DNA from: Nitrospirota bacterium
Lineage (GTDB): Bacteria; Nitrospirota; UBA9217
Length of the DNA: 64,000 nt
Reading direction: 5' to 3'
Assembly (NCBI GenBank): GCA_963840455.1
Contig: CAWIYV010000013.1
Coordinates: 32,001-96,000, forward strand
Under the pieces are notes generated by a model that was not told the origin of the DNA, did no database searches, and was given only the letters and a program-made list of their open reading frames with translations. A program made the position numbers and the translations under genes. Position 1 is the stretch's first letter, and each line of letters opens with the position of its first letter. Positions 19,328-29,749 of this stretch are shown here, piece by piece.

Positions 19328-19804
19328 ATGAAAAGAGTTTTCATGGTAGTGGCAGTTGTGACCGTGTCGCTTGTGTTCGTTGGTGCCGCGTTCGCCGCCG
19401 GACAGGCTAAACAGAATACGGGCTGCGGTCTTGGCAGCATGCTGTTCGAGAATAACGCCGACGACAAGGTGTTGCTCCAGACATTCCAGGCGACTACCAA
19501 TGGCATCTACGGCAACCAGACCTTCGGCATCACGACCGGCACCTCCGGATGCCAGCAGCCGAAGAATTTCGTGAGCAACCAGCAGCTGAACGAGTTCATG
19601 GTCGCCAACATGGACAACCTGGCCCGTGACATCGCCCAGGGCCGGGGCGAGACGCTGGACGCCTTTGCCGAGCTCCTCGGCGTGCCGGCGGAGAAGCGGC
19701 CTGAGTTCTACAGCCAGCTCCAGTCCGGCTTCTCCCGCATCTTCACGTCGCCTGGCGTGCAGATGGCGAGCGTGATGGACAACATCTCGACCGTTTCGAA
19801 ATAG
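19328..19804 (+). CDS. DUF3015 family secreted protein
   Basis: GCGLGS, ATTNG..GNQTFGITTGTSGC, DIAQGRGETL. Confidence 0.85.
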   Translation: MKRVFMVVAVVTVSLVFVGAAFAAGQAKQNTGCGLGSMLFENNADDKVLLQTFQATTNGIYGNQTFGITTGTSGCQQPKNFVSNQQLNEFMVANMDNLARDIAQGRGETLDAFAELLGVPAEKRPEFYSQLQSGFSRIFTSPGVQMASVMDNISTVSK

Positions 19805-21762
19805 TGGCGGTGATTGTGCCTCGTCTTGAAGGGGCATGCAGAACATTCCGTTCTGCATGCCTTTTTCTTTGTCTTGCGGTCTTCTCCATCCTGCTTCCTG
19901 CGGGCGGTGCCGCGTCGGGGACCGCTCCGGACGGGTACCTCGGCGAGCTGCAGCGGCTCGCGCAGGAGAAGGGGCTCGCGCGTGCCCGGACCTGGGAGGT
20001 GCTGCTCCACTACAAGCCCGCGGGCTCCGGCATTAAGAGCCTGGTGGACGACCCCCGATTCTTCAACGCGCCGAACGGCAGCCGGGACCCGGAGGCGGAG
20101 CTGTCCGCCACGCTTGCGTCCTTCTTCCGCACGGACGTAAAGGAAGACGAGGAGCATCCCCAGTGCCGGTTCATCGCGCGGTATACGTGGCTGAACGAGC
20201 AGCTCGGCTTCGACCCGGCGCGCCTGCCGAAGGCCTCGTGCGCCAAGTTCGACAAGGCGCTTGCCGCAGTGAACCCGCGGTCGGTCGTGCTGGTCTTCCC
20301 GAACACCCTCCTGAACCTCCCGTCGTCCATGTTCGGTCACACGCTGCTTCGGATCAATACGGCCTACCAGAGCGATCTCCTGTCCCACGCGGTCAACTAC
20401 GCCGCCATCACGGGCGACAGCCTCGGCCTCTTCTACGTGTTCAAGGGCATCTTCGGCTTCTACCATGGACGGTATTCCAACCTGCCGTACTACGAGAAGG
20501 TCCAGGAGTACAGCGACCTGGAGCATCGCGACATCTGGGAATACCATTTGAACCTGACGCCCGACGAGGCGTACCGCGTGTTCCTGCACATCTGGGAGAT
20601 GAAGGACTTTTACGCGAACTACTACTTCTTCGACCAGAACTGCTCCTTCAACCTCCTGTTCCTGATCGAGGCGGGCAGGCCGTCGCTGCGTCTCACTGAC
20701 GAGTTCTACGGCAAGTCGAGGTTCTGGGTGATACCGGTGGACACGGTACGCGCCGCACAGAAGTTCGGGATCGTCGACCGGGTGACCTACCGTCCGTCGC
20801 GGGCCACGAAGATCCTTCGGATCGCCAAAGAGATGGACGACGGGCTTGTGCGCATGAGCTATGATATCGCCGACGCGAAGCGGCCTCCCGGGGACGCGCT
20901 GTCCTCCGGCCTGGACGCCGAACAGAAGCGGGAGGTGCTGGATCTGTCCACCGAGCTGACGCAGTACCGGTTCTCGAAGCGAAAACTGGACAAGGCACAG
21001 TACGAAAAGCAATTCCTCGACATCCTGGCAGCGCGCAGCACCCTGGGCGTGTTCCCGGCGGACGCCTATCCCGTCGCGATGCCCGTGCAGCCGGACCAGG
21101 GGCACCGGTCGGGCCGCTTCCGCATGGGAGGCGGCTACCGGACCGACACGTGGTTCACCGAGGTCGAGTGGCGTGCTGCCTACCACGAGCTCGCCGACTT
21201 CGACGAGGGCTATGTTCGGGGCGCGCAGATCAATTTCATGGACCTTTCATTTCGGTACTATTATGACGATGAGCGGCTCCGGTTGCACCGCTGGCGCATC
21301 GTGGACATCGTTTCGCTCTTCCCCTGGAACAGTATCTTCAAGCCGATATCCTGGAAGGTGCTCTTCGGCGTCGATGAGATGCTGCTCCGGGACGGCAGGG
21401 AGCACCCGGTGCCGCGCCTGAACGCGGGAGGCGGGTTGACAATCGGCCCGGGAGACAACGTGCGCTTCTACCTCTTCGGTGAAGGGGACATCCAGGCGAG
21501 CACGCGGCTGGAGCAGGATTACGCCGTGGGCTTCGGCGGCACCGCCGGCATGATCGCGAACATCGTGAAGGACTGGAAGGTGAACCTCTGGACGCAGGCG
21601 CTGTTCTACGGAGCAGGGGACGAGCACCGGAGCGCGGTGGCGGGCCTGCAGCAGAATTTCCGCATCACGACCGACACGAGCATTTCGCTCGACGCCCAGC
21701 GCGAGCGTGCCTACAATTTCTACAAGACCGACATCACGGCGCGGGTGAACTGGTACTATTGA
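19804..21762 (+). CDS. DUF4105 (Lnb-like) domain protein with C-terminal beta-barrel
   Basis: WEVLLHY, QCRFIARY, PSSMFGHT, YYFFDQNCS; aromatic C-terminus NWYY. Confidence 0.82.
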   Translation: MAVIVPRLEGACRTFRSACLFLCLAVFSILLPAGGAASGTAPDGYLGELQRLAQEKGLARARTWEVLLHYKPAGSGIKSLVDDPRFFNAPNGSRDPEAELSATLASFFRTDVKEDEEHPQCRFIARYTWLNEQLGFDPARLPKASCAKFDKALAAVNPRSVVLVFPNTLLNLPSSMFGHTLLRINTAYQSDLLSHAVNYAAITGDSLGLFYVFKGIFGFYHGRYSNLPYYEKVQEYSDLEHRDIWEYHLNLTPDEAYRVFLHIWEMKDFYANYYFFDQNCSFNLLFLIEAGRPSLRLTDEFYGKSRFWVIPVDTVRAAQKFGIVDRVTYRPSRATKILRIAKEMDDGLVRMSYDIADAKRPPGDALSSGLDAEQKREVLDLSTELTQYRFSKRKLDKAQYEKQFLDILAARSTLGVFPADAYPVAMPVQPDQGHRSGRFRMGGGYRTDTWFTEVEWRAAYHELADFDEGYVRGAQINFMDLSFRYYYDDERLRLHRWRIVDIVSLFPWNSIFKPISWKVLFGVDEMLLRDGREHPVPRLNAGGGLTIGPGDNVRFYLFGEGDIQASTRLEQDYAVGFGGTAGMIANIVKDWKVNLWTQALFYGAGDEHRSAVAGLQQNFRITTDTSISLDAQRERAYNFYKTDITARVNWYY

Positions 21763-21856
21763 GACGGATAGGGTATTCGTCTCGCCTGCTAAAACGGGCA
21801 TTCAGAAAGTGCCAATAGCTCTGAATTTCCGCTTGCGCAGGACTGACGGAAGAAAG

Positions 21857-21883
21857 AAAGGCCGCGTCGATGACGCGGCCTTT
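21857..21883. terminator. hairpin between convergent genes
   Basis: AAAGGCCGCGTC-GAT-GACGCGGCCTTT. Confidence 0.65.
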
Positions 21884-21916
21884 GTGGTTTTCAAGCAAGA
21901 AATATCCTGCGTTTCG

Positions 21917-22786
21917 CTACTCCCGCCGGAAGAAGCGGGGTATGGGAATGAGGCCCCGGCGCTCACCCGAGTCCTGCTGAATGGACTTCTCATCCTTCTC
22001 GGGCAAGTCCAGGCTGTCCTTGGTCGAGCTCCGGACCATGCTCCCGTACGCAACGGCGTTCGGCGTGGTCTCCTGGATGATCACGCCCATCGCGGTCTTC
22101 TCCTTCACGTCCCTGATCTCGATCAGGCCGGTCTCGATCGTTTCCACGTCGAGCACTTCCCCCGTCTTCGGGTGCTTGATGATCTTCCCTTCCTTGAAGA
22201 CGATGAACTTCATGCCGGGCCTGACGCCGATCTGCCTGCCCAGGTCGATCGCCACTTTCTTGTCGGTCCGCTGGACGACGTAGCCCTCCATGGGGAAGGC
22301 GAGGACGATCTTGTCGGTGATCTTTGTGACGAGGTCGCGGAGCTTCTCGGCGCTGCTGGCCCGTACCTTCTCGGCCGCGATGATCGATGCCGTGTCCACG
22401 TTGATCAGGCGGGCATTGATCTCCGTGTATCCCTCGAGGCTCGTTACGGTGCCCGAGACGATGATCTTGACGCCCAGGACCTTGCCGAGCTGGGCCGCGC
22501 TGTTCGGGTCGATGGCGCCGGTGACGCCGAGCTTCTGCTCCTCGAGGAGCTTTTCGAGCAGGCGCCGTTCGATCACATCGAACCTGCCGGTCTCCACCAG
22601 GCCGGTGATGAGCCATTCGGCGACGATCTTGCCCATGTCCTTTGAGTTCGTCTGCTCGCCCTGCATCTGGAAATCGAGCACGGCGATCTTGGTCTTCTTG
22701 AAGTCGGCCCGGGCCGGCGGGGGGTACAGGACGAAGTGGGAGAGCGCGAGAATTGCGGCAGCGAGGATCGTTCGGCGAATGTTCAT
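21917..22786 (-). CDS. CsgG/FlgO-like secreted protein with FlgT-like C-terminal domain
   Basis: KIAVLDF, GRFDVIER, AAQLGKVLGV, NARLINVDT, IDLG, IKHPKTGEVL. Confidence 0.8.
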   Translation of the reverse strand: MNIRRTILAAAILALSHFVLYPPPARADFKKTKIAVLDFQMQGEQTNSKDMGKIVAEWLITGLVETGRFDVIERRLLEKLLEEQKLGVTGAIDPNSAAQLGKVLGVKIIVSGTVTSLEGYTEINARLINVDTASIIAAEKVRASSAEKLRDLVTKITDKIVLAFPMEGYVVQRTDKKVAIDLGRQIGVRPGMKFIVFKEGKIIKHPKTGEVLDVETIETGLIEIRDVKEKTAMGVIIQETTPNAVAYGSMVRSSTKDSLDLPEKDEKSIQQDSGERRGLIPIPRFFRRE

Positions 22787-22927
22787 AGGGAGTTCCTTTT
22801 CTTCAGAGAGCTCGATTGACGGATATTCTATCGGTGCTCCCCAGGTTTGTCAAGGCAAGATGGGCCTGGCCGCGCTTGACAGGGATTCCGCAGGGACCTA
22901 TAATTGCCGTGCAAAGGGGGGACCTTC

Positions 22928-23299
22928 ATGAAACCATTGGCCGCTTTGTCCCTCCTGCTGCTGCTCGGAGCGCAGGGATGCGGGACACTTGTTCACGGAA
23001 CGTCGCAGGAACTGAAGATCAGTACCACGCCCCCCGGCGCTACGGCAACGATCGGCACCCAGTCGTGCAAAACGCCGTGCACCTTGACGGTGAAACGGGA
23101 CTCGCAGAATCTTCTCGTGCAGAAGGGGGCCTCCAAGCGGATGTATGATATCGAGAAGGACTTCAATTTCGGCGCAACGATCTGCGGGAACATCCTCTGG
23201 ATCGTTCCGGGGGCGGTCATCGATCTCGCTACGGGCGGAGCCTGGGAGATCAGGCCCATCAATCTGCGTTTGGACGCATCCGACGAGAGGGCTCGATAG
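22928..23299 (+). CDS. PEGA-like domain lipoprotein
   Basis: Lipobox-like AQGC; ISTTPPGA, KTPC, IDLATG. Confidence 0.75.
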   Translation: MKPLAALSLLLLLGAQGCGTLVHGTSQELKISTTPPGATATIGTQSCKTPCTLTVKRDSQNLLVQKGASKRMYDIEKDFNFGATICGNILWIVPGAVIDLATGGAWEIRPINLRLDASDERAR

Positions 23300-23393
23300 G
23301 CGCTGGGCCGCGCAGAGATCGATGGCGCTGGGAGGCACGTCTGGTGATTTATCCATTGACAAAACCGCTGTTTCTCTTTAATATGAGCCCCGT

Positions 23394-23480
23394 GCCGAAG
23401 TGGTGGAACTGGTAGACGCGCTGCGTTCAGGGCGCAGTGGGAGCAATCCCGTGGGGGTTCGAGTCCCCCCTTCGGCACCA
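23394..23480 (+). tRNA. tRNA-Leu (anticodon CAG)
   Basis: Acceptor GCCGAAG/CTTCGGC-ACCA, anticodon arm CTGCG-TTCAGGG-CGCAG, long variable arm, TTCGA T-loop; TTGACA promoter upstream. Confidence 0.97.
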
Positions 23481-23502
23481 TTTCCCAAACCCCAAGCTCC
23501 TT

Positions 23503-23571
23503 CCACGGATTTCACTGATGACCGCAGATGCAGTCAAAGCCATACGACAATCGGTGAGATCTGTGCAATCT
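23503..23571. repeat. 9-nt-periodic imperfect inverted repeat
   Basis: CCACGGATT TCACTGATG ACCGCAGAT ... ATCGGTGAG ATCTGTGCA ATC. Confidence 0.55.
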
Positions 23572-23587
23572 CCATGAGTCATTCCCG

Positions 23588-24313
23588 ATGAAAAAGATCC
23601 TGACCATATTTCTCCTCGTCCTTCTCGCCGCTTGCGCCAAGGAGCCGCCCTTTGACCCGGTGGACAAGTTCAAGGACGCCGAGAAGAAGATGCAGAAGTT
23701 CAAATACGAGGAAGCGCGCAAGGCCTACCAGGAGATCCAGGAGAAGGCCCCGGACCGGAGCTATGACGCGGACATCATGCTCCGGATCGCGGACACCTAC
23801 TACGGCGAGGAAAAGTACGCCGAGGCGCAGGTCGAGTACCAGGCTTTCATCAATTTCCACCCCGTCCACCGCGATGCCTCGTATGCCCAGTACCAGATCG
23901 GCATGTGCAGCTACCAGGAGATCACGACCATCGACCGCGATCCCGCGCTCACCCGCACCGCGCTCAAGGAGTTCCAGGCCCTTCTGACAAAATATCCCGG
24001 GAGCCCCTACGAGGAGGAGGCGAGGAAGTACATCGCCGTCTGCCGGGACAAGCTCGCCGAGTACGAGCTGTACGTCGGCAGGTTCTATCACAAGAAGGGG
24101 TCCTATCTGGCCGCCGTGGGACGGTTCGAGAAGCTTCTGAAGGACTATCCCGGCTCTACCGCAGAGAAGGACGCCCTGTACTATGCAGGGCTCTCCTACC
24201 GGGAACTGGGCGAAAAGGCCAAGGCGATCAGCGATTTCGAGACCCTTGCGGCGAAATATCCCGCCATGGCCAAAGAGGCCCATTCTCTTATCGCGAAGCT
24301 CAAAACGAAATGA
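23588..24313 (+). CDS. bamD: outer membrane protein assembly factor BamD
   Basis: Lipobox LAAC, TPRs, FINFHP, IDRD, YVGRFY. Confidence 0.9.
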   Translation: MKKILTIFLLVLLAACAKEPPFDPVDKFKDAEKKMQKFKYEEARKAYQEIQEKAPDRSYDADIMLRIADTYYGEEKYAEAQVEYQAFINFHPVHRDASYAQYQIGMCSYQEITTIDRDPALTRTALKEFQALLTKYPGSPYEEEARKYIAVCRDKLAEYELYVGRFYHKKGSYLAAVGRFEKLLKDYPGSTAEKDALYYAGLSYRELGEKAKAISDFETLAAKYPAMAKEAHSLIAKLKTK

Positions 24314-24969
24314 AGTATTATCCCGTCTTCCTTGACGTGCGCGAACGGCCGTGCGTGGTCATGGGCGGCGGCCAGGTCGCCGAGCGCAAGGCCATCGCCC
24401 TCTTCGACGCCGGCGCGGAACTCACCATCGTAAGCCCCTCGCTCACTCCTGCACTCCGCGAGCTTGCCGGCAAGGGCAAGATCACCCACCATCAGAAGGA
24501 CTTCGAAGAACAGGACATCGCCGGCGCCTACCTGGTGATCGCGGCGACCAATGATGCCGTCGTGAACGCGGCTGTTGCGCGGGCATGCCGGAAGCACGGC
24601 ATCCTGGTCAATGCGGCGACGTCGCCTGACGAGGGCACCTTCGTCGTGCCATCCGTGGTGGAGCGGGGCGACCTCCTGATCGCCATTTCGACCTGCGGGG
24701 ACAGCCCTGCGCTGGCCCGGAAGGTCCGGGAGGAGCTGGAGCGGACCTACGGCCCTGAGTACGGTGTCTTTCTCGAGAAGATGGCGAACCTGCGAAGGCG
24801 GCTCCTCACGGAGGTGGCGGAGGAGGATGTGCGGAGGAAGGTCTATCAGGCCGTGGTGGATTCCGATGTTCTCTATCTGCTGAAGGCAGGGCAGACCCAC
24901 GAGGCGGACATGCGGATCGCGGAGATCGTGAAGGCGGTTGCAGGCGGGACGGCTACTTCTCCTTCTTGA
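24310..24969 (+). CDS. precorrin-2 dehydrogenase/sirohydrochlorin ferrochelatase (CysG N-terminal type)
   Basis: YYPVFL, GGGQVAERK, AISTCGDSPALA. Confidence 0.9.
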   Translation: MKYYPVFLDVRERPCVVMGGGQVAERKAIALFDAGAELTIVSPSLTPALRELAGKGKITHHQKDFEEQDIAGAYLVIAATNDAVVNAAVARACRKHGILVNAATSPDEGTFVVPSVVERGDLLIAISTCGDSPALARKVREELERTYGPEYGVFLEKMANLRRRLLTEVAEEDVRRKVYQAVVDSDVLYLLKAGQTHEADMRIAEIVKAVAGGTATSPS

Positions 24970-26608
24970 AGAGCTTGGAGAACATCCCTCCCTTCTTTTC
25001 TTCTGCTGCAGACCCCGTGACGGTCCCGCCGGCTGCCTTGAGGGCGTCCTTGAGCTTCGGCGAATCGGGGTTGCGCATCAGGGCATTGTTCAATACACCG
25101 ACGGCCTTGGTCCTGAGGTTGCTTTTGAGGTAGAGGTTGCTAAGCTCGATATGGTACTCCACCTTGGCAGGATCGAGCTTGATGGCCTTCTGGAGGCTCT
25201 CTTCAGCCTCATGCTTCCGCCGCGGAATGTTGGCCAGGCAGATCCCGTGATAGTAGAAATAGGGCGCCTTGCGGGGGTCCAGCCGCGTCGCCCAGGTAAA
25301 CGCCTCCACCGCGCCCCAGTAGTTCCCGGCCTTGAACTCCCGCATGCCGTTGTTGAACTGGTCGGCTGCGCGCGCCACCTTCTCCTTATCTTCCTCCTGG
25401 TAGCCTGCCGCCTGTTTTTTCACGAACTCGTCAGCTGCCTTCGTCGCGGGCCCGTGCGTCTTTTTCTTCGCGGCCATATCGTACTCGGCACGCTTCATCT
25501 GGTCGCCCAGGATCGTGTAGGCCTTGTGGATCCGGTCGAAGAGGGCCTCGAGCTTGTTCTTGAGGTCTGCCATGGTCGCGTCGAAATGCCGGTCCGGATG
25601 GTAGGACTTGGCCAGGCGGAAATAGGCCTTCCTCAGCTCCGGGGGGGTGACGGCGACCGTGACGCCGAGAACCTGGTAGTGGTCCTGGCCGGGCAGGGCG
25701 TCGAAGGCCTTCTCGATCATCTCGCGCGTTGCGATCACTTCGGGCTCGGCAGGACGCGACGGCGTCTCGGCCTTCCTTTCCTCACGTATTGCCTCCACGC
25801 GCGCGGCCACCCGCACGGCTTCGCGCGCGAACTCCATTTCAGATTCGCTCTTGCTTTCCCCGATCTCAGCCATCCGGAGGGCGAGCAGCAGGTGTATGGT
25901 CTTGAGGGTGTTGAAATCCCCGACGCCGGAAAGGCCGCAGATCTCCTCGATGCTCCGTTTGCCGTCGATGAAGGAGAAGACCGTCTTCTGCTCATCCGTC
26001 AGGCTGGCGTCCTGGAAGAGCGTCGAGGGGTCGGTGGCCGGCCGGACAATGGTCGTGGGTGCGGGGAGGGCCCTTCGGATAGCCTGCCACTCGAGGCTGG
26101 TGATGCCCTCGAGGATCAGGTTGCCCGTGCTCATCTGCAGCGGTATGATGTCCGCCATGGGGAGCGGGGCCTCGTCGAACCGGTAACTCCCCATGCGGAG
26201 CGAAAAGAGCATCAGGATAATGCGCTTCACCTGGTCCTTGACCGCGTTCACGAGATCCTGGGGCTTGATGAATCCCCGTTCCACCAGGATCGCGCCCTGC
26301 TTCTTCCCGGTCTGCTTGATGATCTCCGTGGAGGCATCGAACTGGGCCTGGGTAAGCTTGCCCGCGCGGAGCAGGAAATCCCCGAGCCGGTCCTCCGCCA
26401 GGCTGGACGAGGCGAAGACGATGTCGCCGTTCTTGAAATAGACCTTCTTGACGACCTTTTCTGCGGTCTGGTCCTGGATGTACTCGAAGAACACCGTACC
26501 CGTCTTGGACTGTGTCCGGAGCCCCTGGAACAGCCAGGGGATGGTCATCTGCTTGATTTCGCCGGCCAGGGCAACAGGCACCCGGTCGTTTTGGGAACTC
26601 TCAGACAT
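24953..26608 (-). CDS. DUF4388 + J-domain + TPR protein
   Basis: N-terminal VYFKNG/RLGDFL domain; J-domain HPD; C-terminal TPRs. Confidence 0.82.
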   Translation of the reverse strand: MSESSQNDRVPVALAGEIKQMTIPWLFQGLRTQSKTGTVFFEYIQDQTAEKVVKKVYFKNGDIVFASSSLAEDRLGDFLLRAGKLTQAQFDASTEIIKQTGKKQGAILVERGFIKPQDLVNAVKDQVKRIILMLFSLRMGSYRFDEAPLPMADIIPLQMSTGNLILEGITSLEWQAIRRALPAPTTIVRPATDPSTLFQDASLTDEQKTVFSFIDGKRSIEEICGLSGVGDFNTLKTIHLLLALRMAEIGESKSESEMEFAREAVRVAARVEAIREERKAETPSRPAEPEVIATREMIEKAFDALPGQDHYQVLGVTVAVTPPELRKAYFRLAKSYHPDRHFDATMADLKNKLEALFDRIHKAYTILGDQMKRAEYDMAAKKKTHGPATKAADEFVKKQAAGYQEEDKEKVARAADQFNNGMREFKAGNYWGAVEAFTWATRLDPRKAPYFYYHGICLANIPRRKHEAEESLQKAIKLDPAKVEYHIELSNLYLKSNLRTKAVGVLNNALMRNPDSPKLKDALKAAGGTVTGSAAEEKKGGMFSKLFKKEK

Positions 26609-26721
26609 GGCACGGATTATACCAGTTTTATGCAGTTATTTGTAGGGATTATCGTGTTCTTGTGCGGTCACGGGGCGTTTCCCCCTTTACCTTGAGCTCC
26701 GGTCTGTGCTAATATGCGTCC

Positions 26722-28179
26722 GTGAACGACAAGCCCGTCATCATCCCCAGGACAGAACATCCCATCTCCCGCAAGTGGATCAGCCCCAACGCAGTCCGGG
26801 TCCTCTACCGCCTCAAGGAATCGGGGCATCTTGCCTACCTTGTCGGCGGCGGTGTGCGCGATCTGCTCCTCGGACGCGAGCCCAAGGACTTCGATATCGC
26901 CACGGACGCCAGCCCCAACGAGGTGAAGAAGATCTTCCGGAACTGCAGGCTCATCGGCAGGCGGTTCCGCCTCGCCCACATCCACTTCCATGATGAGATC
27001 ATCGAGGTCGCCACGTTCCGCTCCAACATCACCGACGAGCCGGAGGCACCGGCAGCATCCGGAGCCGTCGCCGTCGCGCCGGAACCGCCCGCACCCGCGC
27101 CCGGGGGGCAATCGACGCCCGTGTCGGCCGAAGCTGCTGTTACCGCGCGGCCCCGTCCGCCCCGCATGCTCAAGACCGAGGAAGGCATGATCCTCCGGGA
27201 CAACGTCTTCGGCACGCCGGAACAGGACGCGATCCGCAGGGACTTCACCGTGAACGCCCTGTTCTACAGCATCGCCGACTATTCGGTCATCGATTACGTG
27301 AACGGCATGGAGGACATCCGGAGGGGCCTCATCCGCATCATCGGCGATCCCGTGGTCCGGTTCACCGAGGACCCGGTGCGCATGGTGCGCGCCGTGCGGT
27401 TCGCGGCCCTGCTGGGCTTCGAGATCGAGGCGAAAACATACGTAGCCCTGCTGGAGCACAAGGATAAGATCGCCCTGGCGTCGCCGGCGCGGATGTACGA
27501 GGAGGTGCAGAAGCTCTTCCTGCTTGGCGAGGGAGAGAAGACCTTCCAGGTGCTGCGCCACACCGGCATGTTCGGCGTGTTGTTCCCGCACATCAACGCG
27601 TGGATCGACTCCGAGGAAGGCGGTTTTCCGCACACCTGGGTGGGCAAGGCGCTCGAGTGGGTGGACACGTGCGTGCAGGCGGGCAGGAAGGTGGAGCCGC
27701 ACATCCTGTTCAGCCTCATGTTCGGACAGTATATCGAGGAGAAGTGGACGCGGCTCCGGGACTCCGGCATGGTCCCGCTCGACGCGTTGGACAAGGCTGT
27801 CGCGGAGTTCCTCGGCGAGGTTGTCCCCCGCGTGCAGATCCCGCGCAAGGCCGCGCTCGCGATCCGGGATATCCTTTGGAACCAGGGACGGTTCGAGAAG
27901 ACCCAGGGCAAGGCGCCGCTGTATTTCCTGCGGCGTCCCGGTTTCAGCGGCACCTTCGAGTACCTCCGGTTCACGAGCGAGCTCACCGGCGAGCGGCTCG
28001 AGCTCCGGGCCTGGTGGAAGGACTTCATCCGGTCCCATCCGGAGGTGCCGGGAGAGGCCCCGCTGCCCGCACCAGCGAAGGGCCCGGCCCGGCCGGCCCA
28101 GTCGAAACGGCCGGACGAACGGAAGCGGCGCAGACGGCCGCGCAGAAGAGGGCCAAAGCCGGGAGCACCTCAGGCCTGA
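26722..28179 (+). CDS. pcnB: poly(A) polymerase I
   Basis: VGGGVRDLL, KDFD, LIGRRFRLAHI signature, RRDFT, EDPVR. Confidence 0.92.
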   Translation: MNDKPVIIPRTEHPISRKWISPNAVRVLYRLKESGHLAYLVGGGVRDLLLGREPKDFDIATDASPNEVKKIFRNCRLIGRRFRLAHIHFHDEIIEVATFRSNITDEPEAPAASGAVAVAPEPPAPAPGGQSTPVSAEAAVTARPRPPRMLKTEEGMILRDNVFGTPEQDAIRRDFTVNALFYSIADYSVIDYVNGMEDIRRGLIRIIGDPVVRFTEDPVRMVRAVRFAALLGFEIEAKTYVALLEHKDKIALASPARMYEEVQKLFLLGEGEKTFQVLRHTGMFGVLFPHINAWIDSEEGGFPHTWVGKALEWVDTCVQAGRKVEPHILFSLMFGQYIEEKWTRLRDSGMVPLDALDKAVAEFLGEVVPRVQIPRKAALAIRDILWNQGRFEKTQGKAPLYFLRRPGFSGTFEYLRFTSELTGERLELRAWWKDFIRSHPEVPGEAPLPAPAKGPARPAQSKRPDERKRRRRPRRRGPKPGAPQA

Positions 28180-28237
28180 TCCCTCGACTCAGGATCAAGA
28201 ACGTTGGACCGCTATGGCCAAAAAGAGGGCCACGCTG

Positions 28238-28356
28238 ACGCGCAAAGAGCGCCAAGAACAGCTTCAGCGGTCTATTCGAGAGTTAAGATTTCCTTCGCGA
28301 TCTTCGCGCCTTCGCAGTAGAAGCCGTACCCTTTTGAATCTTGAATCTTGAATTTT
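28238..28356. repeat. 9-nt-periodic inverted repeat plus (TTGAATC)n 7-mer tract
   Basis: CGCAAAGAG CGCCAAGAA / TTCGCGATC TTCGCGCCT TCGC; TTGAATC x2.9 at 28334. Confidence 0.55.
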
Positions 28357-28369
28357 TATTGTGACCCTC

Positions 28370-29110
28370 ATGTCCAAGCCCCCCCGATTCTTCATAGCTC
28401 CCGACCAGGTCCGCGATCCCTCCATTTCGATCATGGGTGAAGATGTGCGCCATATCCGCACGGTCCTCAGGAAAGGGCCGGGAGACCAGCTCATCCTGCT
28501 GGACGGACAAGGCAGGGAATATACCGTCAGGATCACGATGATAGAACGATCGAAGATCGACACCGAGATCATCGACCGGAAGGAGCGGACGACCGCTCCC
28601 CCCGTCGTCATCCTGGGGCAGGGCCTGCCCAAGTCCGACAAGATGGACTGGATCGTACAGAAGTCCACGGAGCTGGGCGTGTCCGCCATCGTACCGCTTG
28701 TCACCGAGCGGACGGTCGTGAAGATCAGAGATGAGGAGAAACGCGTCGCCCGCTGGCAGAAGATCTGCCGCGAAGCAGCCATGCAGAGCGACCGGCCGGA
28801 CATCCCGATGGTCGAGGCTGTCCGGCCATTCGGCGAATTCGTCGGGACCCTGGCCCCTGGCCCCCAGACACTGCTTCTTTTTCCCTGGGAAGAGGGGACG
28901 CAGCCCATCAAAGTGGTCCTTCGGAGGACGCAGGGCATCGAGAAGGTCATCGTTCTCATCGGGCCCGAGGGCGGGTTCTCGCAGGCAGAGGCGGACCTTG
29001 CGGAAAAAAAAGGGTTCCACCTCATCAGCCTCGGTCCGAACATTCTGCGCACCGAGACCGCCGCAGTGGCGGTGCTCAGCATGGTCCTCTATGAAACAAG
29101 CACCACATAG
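28370..29110 (+). CDS. rsmE: 16S rRNA m3U1498 methyltransferase
   Basis: HIRTVLR, KSTELGV, IGPEGG, LGPNILRTETA. Confidence 0.95.
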   Translation: MSKPPRFFIAPDQVRDPSISIMGEDVRHIRTVLRKGPGDQLILLDGQGREYTVRITMIERSKIDTEIIDRKERTTAPPVVILGQGLPKSDKMDWIVQKSTELGVSAIVPLVTERTVVKIRDEEKRVARWQKICREAAMQSDRPDIPMVEAVRPFGEFVGTLAPGPQTLLLFPWEEGTQPIKVVLRRTQGIEKVIVLIGPEGGFSQAEADLAEKKGFHLISLGPNILRTETAAVAVLSMVLYETSTT

Positions 29111-29276
29111 CAGATCCCAAATTATCAAGAATGCTCAAAGGACAATACGTTTGGAGATTATTTTGGACAGGGAAATTGAGATTGGACCTTCCGTTCCGGT
29201 ATTTCCCTTGACACTACAATATAGGGGATGTTAATATCAAGGCCTTGTCGATACGGGGGAAAGGACGTTTAGCTCC

Positions 29277-29732
29277 ATGAAACTGGCCATTGGCGCGGAC
29301 CACGGCGGCTACGTGTTGAAGAAAGAGGTCGTCGACTTCCTCAGCAAGATCAAGAACATCGAGGTCGTTGACTACGGGACATCGGGTCCGGAGTCCGTGG
29401 ATTATCCTGACTTCGGCAAGAAGGTGTCCGAGGCCGTATCGAACGGCACCGCGGACCGGGGCATCCTCATCTGCGGCACTGGCATCGGCATGTCCATCGT
29501 CGCCAACCGCTTCCCCAGGGTGCGGGCCGCGCTCTGCCACGACAACTTCACGGCACGGATGAGCCGCCTGCACAATGACGCCAACGTCCTGGTGATGGGC
29601 GAACGGGTCATCGGCAGGGGGGTGGCCCTCGACATCGTCAAGACATGGCTCGAGACCGAGTTCGAGGGGAGCCGGCACCAGCGCCGTCTCGAAAAGATCG
29701 AGCAGATCGAGAAGTCCCTCACGTCGAAATAA
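29277..29732 (+). CDS. rpiB: ribose 5-phosphate isomerase B
   Basis: DHGG, VDYPD, CGTGIG, HNDAN, RHQRR. Confidence 0.95.
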   Translation: MKLAIGADHGGYVLKKEVVDFLSKIKNIEVVDYGTSGPESVDYPDFGKKVSEAVSNGTADRGILICGTGIGMSIVANRFPRVRAALCHDNFTARMSRLHNDANVLVMGERVIGRGVALDIVKTWLETEFEGSRHQRRLEKIEQIEKSLTSK

Positions 29733-29749
29733 CCGTAAAAGACTGTTTT

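Noticed and set aside
23394-23590. Integrative element at tRNA-Leu
   Set aside because: No integrase or duplicated tRNA 3' end; core gene bamD follows
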